64,000 bases of DNA. It comes from a virus. Position numbers and translations under genes: made by a program. The stretch spans positions 3,176 to 67,175 of IMG/VR virus record IMGVR_UViG_3300002153_000349. One strand, 5' to 3'. Below, piece after piece: positions 63,143 through 64,000 of the stretch. Positions within the stretch are counted from its first letter, which is position 1, and each line of letters opens with the position of its first letter. The notes beneath the pieces are model-generated. The model was given only the letters and a program-made list of their open reading frames with translations, ran no database searches and was not told the origin of the DNA.

Positions 63143-64000
63143 ATGGCGAAAATTATTAACAACAACGTAGAGGGTAGTTCACACAAGGACAAGTCCTTTG
63201 CTCTATTAAGAACTAACCCGAAGTTAACTTCTAATGTCAAATTAATTACTGACAAAGAGGGAGATATCTATCTGAGCTCGATCAAAGCTAATAGAACTCT
63301 ATCACAATCTGAATATCAGAAATATCCTATTTCTAGTTCAGGTGAATATTGTAGAGATGTTGCCCAGTTTTATGGAAAATTAAGTAAAGATGAAAGATAC
63401 CAAATAGGTAGAGAATTCACAGATTTAGGTATTTCTTCAGATTACTCTACACAATACGAAAACTTATACAACTATGGTGCCTCGTTTAATTACACGAAAG
63501 TGTATGATGAGCAATATAGAATCTTTGCACCGATTTGGCTAGAAGAAAGCGTTCCTGAAAAATTTATAATTTATAGAGTCAAGGATGTAGACTTTAAAGA
63601 ACAGATATTCGAAGGCACATATAGCCAAAATTCTAGAATCCAAGAAATGTTATCAAATGCGACTTTAATAAAATCGTATGATATGACTAATAATTCTAAA
63701 TTAGGAAGATATTTAAATAGTCATCTAGCCGATCCTTTAATTCCTACATCTCATATTGATTTTAATTTTGAACTAGATGATCCTACTTCGTTTAACGGAA
63801 TAGACGTGATGTTAGGAGGATTCGTTGAAAAATCAGATTATATAGATGACGATTATATCAAAGAAGATCTTCCTGAAATTTTAGCTAATAATACATTAAC
63901 TACTAGTTTTGAAAGAAACGGAATTGTTTCTCATAATATAATTAATTTAGAATTTTTATTTGATGATGAAGAAGCGGATGATTATAATATTTATAGATAT
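63143..64000 (+). CDS. 5' part of a large putative structural protein (runs off the right edge)
   Basis: ATG 63143, MAKIINNNVEGSSHKDKSFALLRTNPKLTSNVKL..., apparently open to the window end; GATATATA at 63107-63114. Confidence 0.75.
   Translation, partial: MAKIINNNVEGSSHKDKSFALLRTNPKLTSNVKLITDKEGDIYLSSIKANRTLSQSEYQKYPISSSGEYCRDVAQFYGKLSKDERYQIGREFTDLGISSDYSTQYENLYNYGASFNYTKVYDEQYRIFAPIWLEESVPEKFIIYRVKDVDFKEQIFEGTYSQNSRIQEMLSNATLIKSYDMTNNSKLGRYLNSHLADPLIPTSHIDFNFELDDPTSFNGIDVMLGGFVEKSDYIDDDYIKEDLPEILANNTLTTSFERNGIVSHNIINLEFLFDDEEADDYNIYRY

Overview
This is a 64-kb, AT-rich segment of a very large T4-like contractile-tailed (jumbo) phage. Essentially all credible genes are on the + strand and read in the standard genetic code. 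The host is most likely in Bacteroidota/Flavobacteriia, judged from Bacteroidota-type ClpP, bS21 and LOG proteins and from A-rich starts without Shine-Dalgarno sequences. The left and middle parts carry host-type and accessory genes: LOG, YkuK-like RNase H, a ClpC lacking its N-domain, ClpP, a dCMP-hydroxymethylase-like thymidylate synthase homolog, DnaJ, bS21, PhoH, RNase HII, UvsE, dCMP deaminase, an ATP-grasp enzyme and a glutamine amidotransferase. A fibre module encodes an 1847-aa collagen with an S74 chaperone, flanked by glycosyltransferases and two 2OG-Fe(II) oxygenases, one closely resembling animal procollagen lysyl hydroxylase (PLOD). The right part is a neck/baseplate cluster (gp53-, hub-, spike-, gp13-, gp25- and gp6-like genes) that also contains a bS1 homolog and an amidoligase. 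The best candidate systems are: (1) a phage collagen hydroxylation/glycosylation pathway; (2) phage ClpCP with four UVR-tailed putative adaptors; (3) six proteins sharing a T4 CTS-like N-terminal tag; and (4) three promoter classes, with late promoters placed to give near-leaderless mRNAs alongside phage bS1 and bS21. All family calls are by-eye motif recognition; no searches were run.
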